Positions 19,019 through 28,172 of a stretch of DNA of 64,000 nucleotides are shown here, piece after piece. A program made the position numbers and the translations under genes. The stretch spans positions 160,001-224,000 of the forward strand of contig CAVTJJ010000003.1 in the NCBI GenBank assembly GCA_963735035.1. The letters are read 5' to 3'. The stretch's first letter is position 1, and each line of letters starts with the position of its first letter. A model generated the notes under the pieces. It did not search any database and had not been told where the DNA came from. It saw only the letters and a list, made by a program, of their open reading frames with translations. Origin of the DNA: an uncultured candidate division Zixibacteria bacterium. Lineage in GTDB: Bacteria > Zixibacteria > MSB-5A5 > GN15 > FEB-12.

Positions 19019-19825
19019 ATGCCTTTTACGGTTTCACATACGGCGCTTGTCCTTCCGCTCAAGAAGCTGCGTCCGAACTGGTTCTCATTGACCGGGTTGA
19101 TGGCCGGCGCTATGGCGCCAGATCTTCAGTATTTTCTCCTGGCGGATACGTCGGAGAGGGGTATCAGTCACTCCTGGACCGGCCTATTCATAATCGATCT
19201 GCCGCTTGGGCTCATATTTTCATTCGCCTTTCACCTGCTGTTCAAACGGGTCTTTATCGAGAACCTCCCGACCCCGTTGGACCGTCAGCTCTCCGGATTG
19301 GCAGCGAGCCGCTTCGCGCCGACCGGTTGGCGCGAGTGGAGCGTGCTGATCGTTTCAGTCTTGCTGGGCGCGGTCAGCCATTTCTTCTGGGATTCGTTTA
19401 CTCACCCTGAAGGCGTCCTCGCGCAGCACATCCCCTGGCTTCTTCGAGAGACGACGATTTTCGGGATCGCCCGCACCAACGCCCGCTTACTCCAGCACGT
19501 GAGCTCGGCACTTGGGGCGGTAGGAATGATTGTCGGACTGAGTGTCTGCGGGTTGCTGCCCAAACCTATAGAGATCGAGCAACGTTCATCGAGCCGCAAG
19601 ATTGCATTCTGGCTGGTCGGCGCATTGTGCGGTCTGGCCTGGTCGGTTACCGCGGTGTTCTTTTATAATCATTTCTACGGCTGGGAGATCGGGAGTGGTT
19701 ATTCGTTGGGGTTGGCTTTTCAAACGGCGGCTCTGGGAAGCTGGGCGGGATTTTTCTATTTCGTGTGCGTGGTGGGATTGATTTCGCGGCGAGGTTCTAA
19801 CAGACACGGCCAACCTGAACGATAA
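19019..19825 (+). CDS. DUF4184 family membrane protein
   Basis: MPFTVSH, GAMAPDLQYF, SHFFWDSFTH and LLQHVSS motifs. Confidence 0.85.
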   Translation: MPFTVSHTALVLPLKKLRPNWFSLTGLMAGAMAPDLQYFLLADTSERGISHSWTGLFIIDLPLGLIFSFAFHLLFKRVFIENLPTPLDRQLSGLAASRFAPTGWREWSVLIVSVLLGAVSHFFWDSFTHPEGVLAQHIPWLLRETTIFGIARTNARLLQHVSSALGAVGMIVGLSVCGLLPKPIEIEQRSSSRKIAFWLVGALCGLAWSVTAVFFYNHFYGWEIGSGYSLGLAFQTAALGSWAGFFYFVCVVGLISRRGSNRHGQPER

Positions 19826-19829
19826 CATA

Positions 19830-20020
19830 CCGGCAGATGTGGGCATCTGCCGGGCACGGTTAGTTCGTAGGTCAGGCGGACTTGACGCCTGACATTTATG
19901 TGTGCCGTCGGGCGTCTCTGCCCGACGGCGGCCTGGACAGATACTGCGGTCAGGCAGAGACGCCTGACCGCACGTTCAAGTATAGCAATCATCGTCAGGC
20001 CCCGAGTAGGCCTGACCTAC
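19830..20020. repeat. REP mosaic of five palindromes
   Basis: Elements at 19830-19857, 19867-19893, 19902-19929, 19945-19973 and 19994-20020; same families as the 14.1-14.4 kb cluster. Confidence 0.85.
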
Positions 20021-20026
20021 TAAAGC

Positions 20027-20058
20027 AAAAGCCCCTCGGCCTTTCGCCGAGGGGCTTT
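20027..20058. terminator. Bidirectional terminator after the SRP RNA
   Basis: AAAAGCCCCTCGGC-CTTTC-GCCGAGGGGCTTT. Confidence 0.85.
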
Positions 20059-20065
20059 ACGTTTT

Positions 20066-20330
20066 GTGCACCCACCTCTGAACCGCTGCCCTGGAGCGCT
20101 TCGAACAGCCGGCTCCAGCCGGGTAGCCCTGCAACACCCGTCAGATTCTTTCTACGGCTGCTACCTTCCGGTCCTGACCGGGTTCAAAAGGCTGACGTCG
20201 TACAAGACCCGACCTTCAACACCACTTATCCGTCGACAAACCAGGCCCGCTAAGCCCGCGGGTGGGAATTCAACCCCGGTAAAGCGGATTCCGGGTTACA
20301 GGGCACCGCTGGCTCCCCGTCTAGCACGCT
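20066..20330 (-). ncRNA. ffs: Signal recognition particle RNA, large (Alu-domain) type
   Basis: Minus strand begins GCGTGCTAGACGGGGAGCCAGCGGTGCCCTGTAACCCGGAATCCGC (like the Bacillus scRNA Alu domain) and contains domain IV GTCAGGACCGGAAGGTAGCAGC. Confidence 0.92.
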
Positions 20331-20377
20331 TTGGGGCCGCCCCACTCATATTGAGCGGGACGGCCTCTTATTCAAAA

Positions 20378-20450
20378 TGGAGCCAGCCGGGATCGAACCG
20401 GCAGCCTTCGCATTGCGAACGCGACGCTCTCCCAGTTGAGCTATGGCCCC
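20378..20450 (-). tRNA. tRNA-Ala (anticodon CGC)
   Basis: GGGGCCATAGCTCAACTGGGAGAGCG...TT-CGC-AA...GGTTCGATCCC...TGGCTCCA; G3-U70 pair present; CCA not encoded. Confidence 0.95.
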
Positions 20451-20567
20451 AAACTCAGCGCCAGCTTCGGGCCAGAAGGATAATATCGGGCGGCCTTCCC
20501 GCCAAGTGGTTTTTGAGTGGGGCTTACTCAATGCCTATTGACCGCTTAGGAGCCCGCCGCACCACAA

Positions 20568-21173
20568 TCACTTCAACAGCCCGATTCGTACCCCAAAGCT
20601 TGGGCCGGCCTTGATGTCATAGTTGTCGTTACCGCCTCGGAGCGTCTTGAGCATGTTGGTCTCAATTAGAAATCCGGTTCGTGGCGTCAGACGGCAGACA
20701 ACCTGTAGAAAGGGCCGCAACGTCACGTACTGGCTGGCCTTGTATCGGAATACCTCCTCAAGTAGCGCGGCTCCGCAGGCTACCCCCGGGCGAAGACTCC
20801 ACTGGCTCCCTTTCGGCTGGTAGTGAACACTCAGGCGCAGGGCAGGATTAATGGACTTGGCGGTTATGTCCCCCCCAAGGATTTCTTTACGTAGCTGAAA
20901 TACGTCGATCGTCAGCCCCAGCCAGATCGATCGAAATACACCCTGGTCGAAGGAAGCTCCCGCCGACCAACCCATATCCGAATCGATTGAGGCGTCATAG
21001 AATCCGGTGTCCTTGGCGCGAGCATCGATGGTCATGCCGTCAAGAAAGCCGAACATCACTGCGAATTCCCCACGCGCTTGCTTGCCCTCGGCCGCTGATG
21101 CACTGCCACACAAAATCAGCAGCGCGAAACACGCCGCTCCCCACCAACGCCCTCCTCCACACTTTGCACTCAT
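20568..21173 (-). CDS. Putative outer-membrane beta-barrel protein
   Basis: Signal peptide and alternating beta-strand pattern; paralogous to the 22021 and 22703 ORFs. Confidence 0.7.
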   Translation of the reverse strand: MSAKCGGGRWWGAACFALLILCGSASAAEGKQARGEFAVMFGFLDGMTIDARAKDTGFYDASIDSDMGWSAGASFDQGVFRSIWLGLTIDVFQLRKEILGGDITAKSINPALRLSVHYQPKGSQWSLRPGVACGAALLEEVFRYKASQYVTLRPFLQVVCRLTPRTGFLIETNMLKTLRGGNDNYDIKAGPSFGVRIGLLK

Positions 21174-21283
21174 TCCCGTACCCTCCTATAAATGCAGTCT
21201 GTTAACCACGCTGACGGCTGGAACCGGGGCTCCAGCGAACCCACCTACAAAATCCAACTTCGATAAACCTCCTGTCAAATCAG

Positions 21284-21316
21284 CCGGTGGCGGACCGGCG
21301 GCGGACCGGCGGCGGA
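21284..21316. repeat. 3 x 11-bp tandem repeat
   Basis: CCGG(T/C)GGCGGA repeated three times. Confidence 0.7.
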
Positions 21317-21332
21317 AATCAGACTCCTATTT

Positions 21333-21992
21333 TCAGAAGAGGAGTCCGAACAGAATCGTATATGTCTTGTTGTCGATCACTATATTGGCCTGATTACCCA
21401 CGTATTTTGCGGCTTCGCGAGAATCATAGTCATAACGAAATTCTAACATTATCGGACCAAACGGACTCAGCGAACTTTGAGCTCCCACCCCGAAAGTCAA
21501 CCCCGGTACGGTCGATTTATAGGAATCCAGAATCGCCTGCATATCCGAAGAGGCCAGAGTAGAGTTTGAGTTCAGTTTCAAATCGACGCGAGGACCGCCT
21601 ATCAGATAGAAGCCAATCGGGCCACCTCCGAATTGCAGCTTTGCGGTCGCGAGCAGCGACAGGTAGTTGACGCGGTCCCTAAACGTAATAGTACCACCGG
21701 TCAGATACGGGTAGGAACCGGTACGAGCCTGTATCTGGCTTCCCTTCTGCACATACAGAACTTCCGGTCTAAGACCGAGCAACGGAGTAAGAGACCAATC
21801 GGCAAACACTCCAAATGCATATCCCTTCCGTTGATCGCGATTGACCTGACCCAGCTCGTTGCTGTAGTTCCAGGTTTGATCCCCGAATGACACACCCGCC
21901 TTGATTCCATACTGCAGACCCGTCCCGGCCCAAACGTTCGGTGAGGCCGCGAGCAGGAGAATTAAGGCGATCAAAAATCTGGTTTTCTTCAT
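21333..21992 (-). CDS. PorT-like / OMP beta-barrel (porin family) protein
   Basis: YGIKAGVSF, LRPEVLYVQKGS, EFRYDY and C-terminal Phe; MKK start after AAGGAG. The ORF track starts at 22010. Confidence 0.8.
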   Translation of the reverse strand: MKKTRFLIALILLLAASPNVWAGTGLQYGIKAGVSFGDQTWNYSNELGQVNRDQRKGYAFGVFADWSLTPLLGLRPEVLYVQKGSQIQARTGSYPYLTGGTITFRDRVNYLSLLATAKLQFGGGPIGFYLIGGPRVDLKLNSNSTLASSDMQAILDSYKSTVPGLTFGVGAQSSLSPFGPIMLEFRYDYDSREAAKYVGNQANIVIDNKTYTILFGLLF

Positions 21993-22020
21993 AGCCAGCT
22001 CCTTTCCCAAGATTATACTC

Positions 22021-22635
22021 TTAGAACATCACCCCGGCTCGAAGGATCCAAAGCGGGCCGATTGTCACATCCGAGGCGTTATCTCCCCCCGATGGCGCAT
22101 ACCAGACACCTGCTTCGAGCAGCCCCATCAAATCGTTCGATGAGAAAAAGACCAGTTCAGTGAACGCCTTGACTGTCAGATAACTGGAGCCGGACACTCC
22201 GGCGCCTTCCATTCTTCCCAGGAAGGCCACACCGACGCCGACACCCGGACGAAGACCGATCGGTGAATTCTCGCTCAACAGATTTCCCTTGAGATTGAGA
22301 CCCAGGTCAATGAGCCACTCCGATTCATCCCACCGGCTTGATTGCTGTTGCCCACGCCAGGACATTTTGTGAAGGTCAGTCGAAAGACTGTAGTGCAGAC
22401 GCGGACCGAAAGGTTGGTCGAAGAAGAACCCGGCGGAGAATCCGGCGCGTTGGTCAATGGCTCCGTGGCCGAAATCAACCGATCCGGAACCGATCATCCC
22501 AAGTTTGAAACCGGTGTACGAATCTCCAACTTCATAATCGGATGCCGCGACCGGCAGGACCTGACAAAAGACGACCGCGAAGGTCATCAATGCGGGTCTC
22601 CACCCGCCGCAATCTGTCAAGTGCATACCCCTCAC
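22021..22635 (-). CDS. Putative outer-membrane beta-barrel protein
   Basis: Signal peptide, GFKLGMIG, and C-terminal LRAGVMF. Confidence 0.72.
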   Translation of the reverse strand: MRGMHLTDCGGWRPALMTFAVVFCQVLPVAASDYEVGDSYTGFKLGMIGSGSVDFGHGAIDQRAGFSAGFFFDQPFGPRLHYSLSTDLHKMSWRGQQQSSRWDESEWLIDLGLNLKGNLLSENSPIGLRPGVGVGVAFLGRMEGAGVSGSSYLTVKAFTELVFFSSNDLMGLLEAGVWYAPSGGDNASDVTIGPLWILRAGVMF

Positions 22636-22702
22636 ACGGATAATTAAGATGCCTGCATAAGACCAGTCAAGTCATAAGAGGCGGACCGAAGACACCATAC
22701 CC

Positions 22703-23287
22703 TTATCGAAAGGCAAAACCGGCCCGTACCAATAATCCCGGGCCAAAGGTGAGATGTCTTATGCCGCTGTTTCCGGTGGGGGTATCGAAGACCGCCAGTT
22801 CGGCGACCCACGCTGTTCGAGTATTGATAATCCCACGCGCCTCAAGCGACAGCTTGAAGCTCAAATATTGCGATGAGTGAATGTCGCCCATGTCCGCCAG
22901 AAAAGCAAAACCGAGCGACGCTCCGGGAGCCAGGAATATTTTTGATCCGCCCAAAGGGAAGGAGCGGCGAAACCCCATGTTCGGCTCAATCATTATCTGA
23001 TGTGAGTTTACGATCCGGATATAATAGAAATCGAAAGCAGCGGTCAGATGGTATTTGTTTCCCATAGGGAAATAGGCAAAAACCTGCGCGGTGGAACCGA
23101 TCCGCGATTGAAGCGGCGGTTCGGTACTCAGATTCATGCGCCCGATCATGCCGGCTTTGAAACCGAACAGACCACTGGTGGTCTGTCCCAGCAGATTCTG
23201 TGCGGCGGCCGAAGAGCACAGACCTAGTTGGGCGAGCACGAGAACAATTGCGAGAGAAAACGTACGAATTTGGTGCCACTCCTGCAA
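22703..23287 (-). CDS. Putative outer-membrane beta-barrel protein
   Basis: Signal peptide, GFKAGMIG, and C-terminal VRAGFAFR. Confidence 0.7.
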   Translation of the reverse strand: MQEWHQIRTFSLAIVLVLAQLGLCSSAAAQNLLGQTTSGLFGFKAGMIGRMNLSTEPPLQSRIGSTAQVFAYFPMGNKYHLTAAFDFYYIRIVNSHQIMIEPNMGFRRSFPLGGSKIFLAPGASLGFAFLADMGDIHSSQYLSFKLSLEARGIINTRTAWVAELAVFDTPTGNSGIRHLTFGPGLLVRAGFAFR

Positions 23288-23407
23288 GAAGGCGTTCGGT
23301 CGGTCCTACTCAAAAGAAACGTTTCAACCAATCGTTTCGTCAAGCGAGATAGCTATCGGTTCGCGAGTTGTGACAGTAATTGACACATTAAGCCAACCGT
23401 GTCAATT

Positions 23408-23513
23408 GTGCCCGGCAGATGCCCACATCTGCCGGCATTCAGGCTCAGGCGTCAGGTCTCACCCGCCTGGGGCGGGAAGGACCCCCGATCAGGTCGGGGG
23501 CAGGCTCTGACGC
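23408..23513. repeat. GTGC-tagged palindrome plus a nested CGTC-ended palindrome
   Basis: GTGC-CCGGCAGATG-CCCA-CATCTGCCGG, then GCGTCAG...CCCCCGA/TCGGGGG...CTGACGC. Confidence 0.7.
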
Positions 23514-23593
23514 AATCACTTGTGCCAGCCCGAATCGGTTGGCCGTGAAAATATGATTCCGCCGGGGTCCGACATTACATATATTGCCGAATC

Positions 23594-25267
23594 ATGAGCT
23601 ACCTGGTGTTCGCGAGGAAATACCGTCCTGCCACTTTCGACCAAGTCGTAGCGCAGGAACATGTTACGCGCACTTTACGGAACGCGCTCCGCAACGGGCG
23701 GGTCGCCTCGGGGTATCTTTTCTGCGGCCCTCGCGGTACCGGCAAGACCACTGTCGCCCGCCTTCTGGCCAAAGCAGTCAACTGTGTCAACGGCCCCACG
23801 GAGATTCCGTGCGGCGAGTGCCCTTCCTGTATTGAAATAGCTTCGGGGACTTCGCTCGACGTTCTTGAAATCGACGCCGCTTCCAACACCGGCGTGGACG
23901 ATATTCGCACCCTGCGGGAAAATGTCCGGTACCTGCCGACCAACGGCAAGAAGCGGGTGTTCATTATCGACGAAGTACACCGTTTGTCGGGCTCGGCGTT
24001 TGACGCTTTGCTGAAGACTCTAGAAGAGCCACCGGAACACGTGATGTTTGTCCTGGCTACTACTGAACCATTGAAAGTTCCAGACACAATTCTCTCGCGC
24101 ACCCAGCGATTTGATTATCGACGTGTGTCCGTTGATGATCTGGCGGCTCACCTGAAAGATATTGCCGCGCGCGAGAAGCTTGATTTCGATGAATCCGCGC
24201 TGAAGTTAGTGGCACGCAAGGCTGACGGTTCGGTTCGCGATTCCCTTTCGTTGCTGGACCAGGTGGCCGCATTCGCCGGAGACAAAGTAACCGAACAGGA
24301 TGTAGTCAGCGCTCTCGGTCTGGTTGACCGACGTTTTCTTTTCGAATTCGTCGAAGCGATAGCGGCCTCGGACCGTCGCAAGGCTCTGCATTTGATCAAG
24401 GCGGTATTCGATGCCGGAGTGGACGTCAATGATTTCGTGATGGAGCTTCTGGAACATTTCCGGTATTTGCTGGTGATCAAATCCGATCCCGAAGCCGGTG
24501 GGCTGTTGGAGTTGACGCCCGATGAGACCGCTGAATACAGCAAGCAGGCGGATTTCTTCCAGATAGGCGATGTGCTTCGGTTGATCAAGATCGGCACCGA
24601 TCTGTACGGCGATCTTCGGCGTGGAATCGATGACCGTCTTCTGCTCGAGACAGCCGCGATAAAGATGGCCGAGATGGAGTCCACGGTTCGTTTCGAAGAC
24701 ATTCTCAAGTATTTGCAGACCAACCAGGGTGAGGCCGGAACCGCACAGCCGGCCAACGGCGGCGGCCGTGATCTGTTCGCACCGCCGAATCGACCACCTC
24801 TCCCGAATCCGGCTGCTACGACTCCACCTAAACCGACCTTTGGTGCGGCGCCGCCGGGGAATGTCCGGCCGGTCAACATGCCAACGATCCAAACAGGATG
24901 GGAAAGTTTTCTGGCGGTGTTAAAAAAGTCGAGCCCAATGTTGGCATCCCAGGTACGTATGGCCGAACTTCGGTCGATCAAAGAAAATCGTCTGCAGATG
25001 TATTTTCCGGCATCGGGTGAGGCGTCGCGTCAGTTGGTCACTAAGACGGAGAATGCGCGGTTAATCGAGCAGACCCTGCGCGATTGTTTCAAGTCCAACC
25101 TGACCGTGGCCTTTGAGATCGATCAGCACAAACAAGATGCGGGTGAAGTTGATGATGCCAAAGCCAAAGTTGATCCCAAAGAATTGGTCGAACGTTCTCC
25201 GCGCTTAAGGAGTTTGCTGGAGAAAGTCGACGGTGAGATAATCGGTATCAAGAAGGCGGAAAGCTAG
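23594..25267 (+). CDS. dnaX: DNA polymerase III subunit gamma/tau
   Basis: ARKYRP, GPRGTGKTT, EIDAASN, IIDEVH and LLKTLEEPP motifs. Confidence 0.97.
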   Translation: MSYLVFARKYRPATFDQVVAQEHVTRTLRNALRNGRVASGYLFCGPRGTGKTTVARLLAKAVNCVNGPTEIPCGECPSCIEIASGTSLDVLEIDAASNTGVDDIRTLRENVRYLPTNGKKRVFIIDEVHRLSGSAFDALLKTLEEPPEHVMFVLATTEPLKVPDTILSRTQRFDYRRVSVDDLAAHLKDIAAREKLDFDESALKLVARKADGSVRDSLSLLDQVAAFAGDKVTEQDVVSALGLVDRRFLFEFVEAIAASDRRKALHLIKAVFDAGVDVNDFVMELLEHFRYLLVIKSDPEAGGLLELTPDETAEYSKQADFFQIGDVLRLIKIGTDLYGDLRRGIDDRLLLETAAIKMAEMESTVRFEDILKYLQTNQGEAGTAQPANGGGRDLFAPPNRPPLPNPAATTPPKPTFGAAPPGNVRPVNMPTIQTGWESFLAVLKKSSPMLASQVRMAELRSIKENRLQMYFPASGEASRQLVTKTENARLIEQTLRDCFKSNLTVAFEIDQHKQDAGEVDDAKAKVDPKELVERSPRLRSLLEKVDGEIIGIKKAES

Positions 25268-25319
25268 GCTTCGACCAAGCATCCGCAATGACACAGTAAG
25301 AAGTCAAAGGAGCATCGAT

Positions 25320-25646
25320 ATGCTAAAAGGCGGAATGGGCGGCATGATGAAGCAGGTCCAGCAGATGCAGGCCAAGATGGCCGAGATGCAGGCCCAGCTT
25401 GAGAGCGCCGAAATAGAAGCCAGCGCCGGCGGCGGCATGGTCAAAGTAGTAGTCAACGGGAAGAACGAAATTCGCTCAATCTCGATAGATAAAGAGGTCG
25501 TGAATCCCGACGATGTCGAGATGCTTCAGGACTTGATCGTGGCCGCACTGAACCAGGCCCGCGAGAAATCCCAGGAACTGCAACAGCAGCAAATGTCCGC
25601 CATCACCGGCGGTCTGAACATCCCCGGCTTGAACCTCCCGTTCTAA
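25320..25646 (+). CDS. ybaB: YbaB/EbfC nucleoid-associated protein
   Basis: AGGGMVKV and DDVEMLQDLIVAALN; lies between dnaX and recR. Confidence 0.95.
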   Translation: MLKGGMGGMMKQVQQMQAKMAEMQAQLESAEIEASAGGGMVKVVVNGKNEIRSISIDKEVVNPDDVEMLQDLIVAALNQAREKSQELQQQQMSAITGGLNIPGLNLPF

Positions 25647-25659
25647 GAAGAGATAATCA

Positions 25660-26265
25660 ATGTTTGGTTCTGCAGGATCGGTAGAGCGTCTGTCCAACTG
25701 GCTGGCCCGTCTGCCCGGAATAGGGCGCAAGACGGCGGCCCGGCTGGCGTTCCATATTCTCAAACTTCCCGACGAAGAAGCGTTCGAACTCGCCGATCTG
25801 ATTCGAGAGGTCAAAGAGAAAGTACGCTTCTGCTCCATATGCTACAATATCTCAGAAACCGACACCTGTTCCACCTGCTCGGATCCGAAACGTCGCCGCG
25901 ATGTCATCTGTGTGGTCGAAGACGCCATGGATGCGGCCGCGCTTGATAAAGTCGATCAATATCGCGGGCTGTTTCATGTGCTGGGCGGGCGACTGTCGCC
26001 GCTTGACGGAATCGGTCCGGACGATCTGCGCATCAAGGAATTGCTTCATAGAATCGGCGGTGAAGTCAAAGAAGTTATCGTCGCCACCAATCCGAATGTC
26101 GAAGGCGAAGCTACGGCCCTGTATCTCGCTCGTTTGATCTCTCCCCTGGGCCCGAAGGTCACCCGCATCGCGCGCGGCCTTCCGGTGGGCTCGGACCTCG
26201 AATACGCCGACTCAGTCACACTCTCGCGTGCGCTTGAGGGACGTCAGACGATGGATGGGGAATAA
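25660..26265 (+). CDS. recR: Recombination mediator RecR
   Basis: LPGIGRKTAARLA, C4 zinc finger, ATNPNVEGEATA and TRIARGLPVG motifs. Confidence 0.97.
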   Translation: MFGSAGSVERLSNWLARLPGIGRKTAARLAFHILKLPDEEAFELADLIREVKEKVRFCSICYNISETDTCSTCSDPKRRRDVICVVEDAMDAAALDKVDQYRGLFHVLGGRLSPLDGIGPDDLRIKELLHRIGGEVKEVIVATNPNVEGEATALYLARLISPLGPKVTRIARGLPVGSDLEYADSVTLSRALEGRQTMDGE

Positions 26266-26394
26266 GACGATAGACAATACGGACAAGCACGACGCCGTGC
26301 CCACTCCGCATCGTCTCTTCACTGTTGTCGCATACCCGAACGAGCGTCACTGCGTGCTGCACGGAGCAACGGAGGAGACTTGTCCGACCGGCTA

Positions 26395-27567
26395 CTAGTT
26401 CCGCGGCACGCAGACGTGGTAGGTTTTCTGGGTCGACAAATCCACGGTGAATTCGATCACCGGACGTCCCCACGCCTCGTCGAAGCGGAAGTGGTAAACG
26501 CGCGCCGGCAGCTCCATCATGATCATCTTCAGATCGTAGTTACAGATGCAATCGCACCCGCCGCCATACAGATGTTCGGTCTCAACGACCGTGATGTCGG
26601 CCCCCTGGATAACGAACCTGACGCTGATGGAGTCGATGCAACAATTGGCCCCGGCGGCCGTGTGGACAATCTCCAGCGTTCCGTCCGCACCGTACGTCAA
26701 GTCCACACAGGCGCTGTCCCGCTCGGGGCTCGAAGTGGACAAAGTGGAACTCTTGGACGCAGCGGCATCCCAACCGCCACACTCTGAGCGGTCCAGCAAT
26801 TCGCCACCCGGGGGAGCGCCCCACGGATAGGATGTGCGCTCCACACACACCTGACCGGAGAGCGAGTGAGGCAAGTCAGCCTGGAAGTCCAGGGTGGTAC
26901 CCTCTCCCGGGATCGCCTCGAGCACGGCAATGCGCCAGCTGTGGTTGGGAAGATTGGCGATTTCGAACTCCAGGTCGTAAAGACAATTACAGTCGCACAG
27001 ACCGGAGTCGACTTCGCTGATGAAGATCGTGTCTCCAAGTACGTTGGCAGTCAAGGCCGTCACCGGGCAGCAGTTCAGCGCAGCATCGATTTGTCGCAGC
27101 CGGAGTACGCTATGTACGGGGTCATACTCGTACGCCAAACAGGTCTGGGTACTGTACGCGGTCGCTTCAACGGCTTTGCATTCGCTCACGCCGATCAACG
27201 AGCCGACCGGGGCTCCCTGGAGGCACCCGCCCAGGCTCATGGACGGACCGGTTATGAACAGATAGTCGATCAGCATCGCTATGTCGCCGATAGATATGTC
27301 GTCGAGGGCTGGGTTCGCCCCGCCCGACTGGTTGACATCGCCCTCGGCGTAACAAAAGTCGGTGGGAACCGGGAAGAACCCCATGGTAACCCCGATCATG
27401 AAGCAAGCGTCGCCGATCGTCGGTTCGTCGTCGCCACTGGCGTTGGCGTCACCGACACGGCCAACACAACAATCAGCCTGAGCCGAAACAGCAGCAGGCA
27501 TCAGTATCGCCACAAGGCTGAGTGCGACCGAGATTGAGAATCTGAGTAGATTACGTTCCTGAGACAT
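26395..27567 (-). CDS. Secreted protein: N-terminal dockerin-like module plus two Cys-rich repeats
   Basis: RBS AAGGAGG, signal peptide, CCVGRVGDANASGDDEPTIGD, and twice NCC...CDCxCxYDL. The ORF track starts at 27618. Confidence 0.78.
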   Translation of the reverse strand: MSQERNLLRFSISVALSLVAILMPAAVSAQADCCVGRVGDANASGDDEPTIGDACFMIGVTMGFFPVPTDFCYAEGDVNQSGGANPALDDISIGDIAMLIDYLFITGPSMSLGGCLQGAPVGSLIGVSECKAVEATAYSTQTCLAYEYDPVHSVLRLRQIDAALNCCPVTALTANVLGDTIFISEVDSGLCDCNCLYDLEFEIANLPNHSWRIAVLEAIPGEGTTLDFQADLPHSLSGQVCVERTSYPWGAPPGGELLDRSECGGWDAAASKSSTLSTSSPERDSACVDLTYGADGTLEIVHTAAGANCCIDSISVRFVIQGADITVVETEHLYGGGCDCICNYDLKMIMMELPARVYHFRFDEAWGRPVIEFTVDLSTQKTYHVCVPRN

Positions 27568-28172
27568 GTCCGAGCCCTCCTTAACAAATCGCCTGTCCCC
27601 CGGCCTGCTATGTGACACCGGGCGTGCGGCGCTATACGGCGTTAATAGTATATTCAGTGGCCCATTTTATGTCAAGCAGTTTGAACCGACAGACCGGAAC
27701 ACATCCGTAGTAGATATCACTTCCTTTTCGAGACGCTCAAGTCCGGCCGAGGTCGCCAGACTACGGACGGGGAGTAAGTTGCAGTCACTTTGTCTGTAGC
27801 TTCGCGGTGTTCAATCCTCATTCGACACGCATCACAATCGGCTGGTTGGTGCCAAAAAATCACTTGCATAAACATGGGGCGATTGGTATAGAATAGTCGA
27901 AGCGCAATCTTTCCGCCGTCTGTCATGGGAACCGCATCTGTGGTGGAGTCTTGGTGGATCGATCAGATCGCATTTCGCACTATTTTCATGTCGCCTTTGG
28001 CCGCGTTCGCCTGACTGCGACGACGTTGTCAGAGATTCACGATAACATACTCACCCGCTGCCTGGCCCGGGACGTGGGTAGCAACATGGCAGGAGAAAAG
28101 ATCCACCGCTCATCTTTGTCGACCCGCCTGCTATGGGAGAAGATCAATCCGTTGAACCGAAGCTGAAGAGTC

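Noticed and set aside
20378..20450. tRNA as an integration site for an island
   Set aside because: No integrase and no duplicated tRNA 3' end seen in the window.
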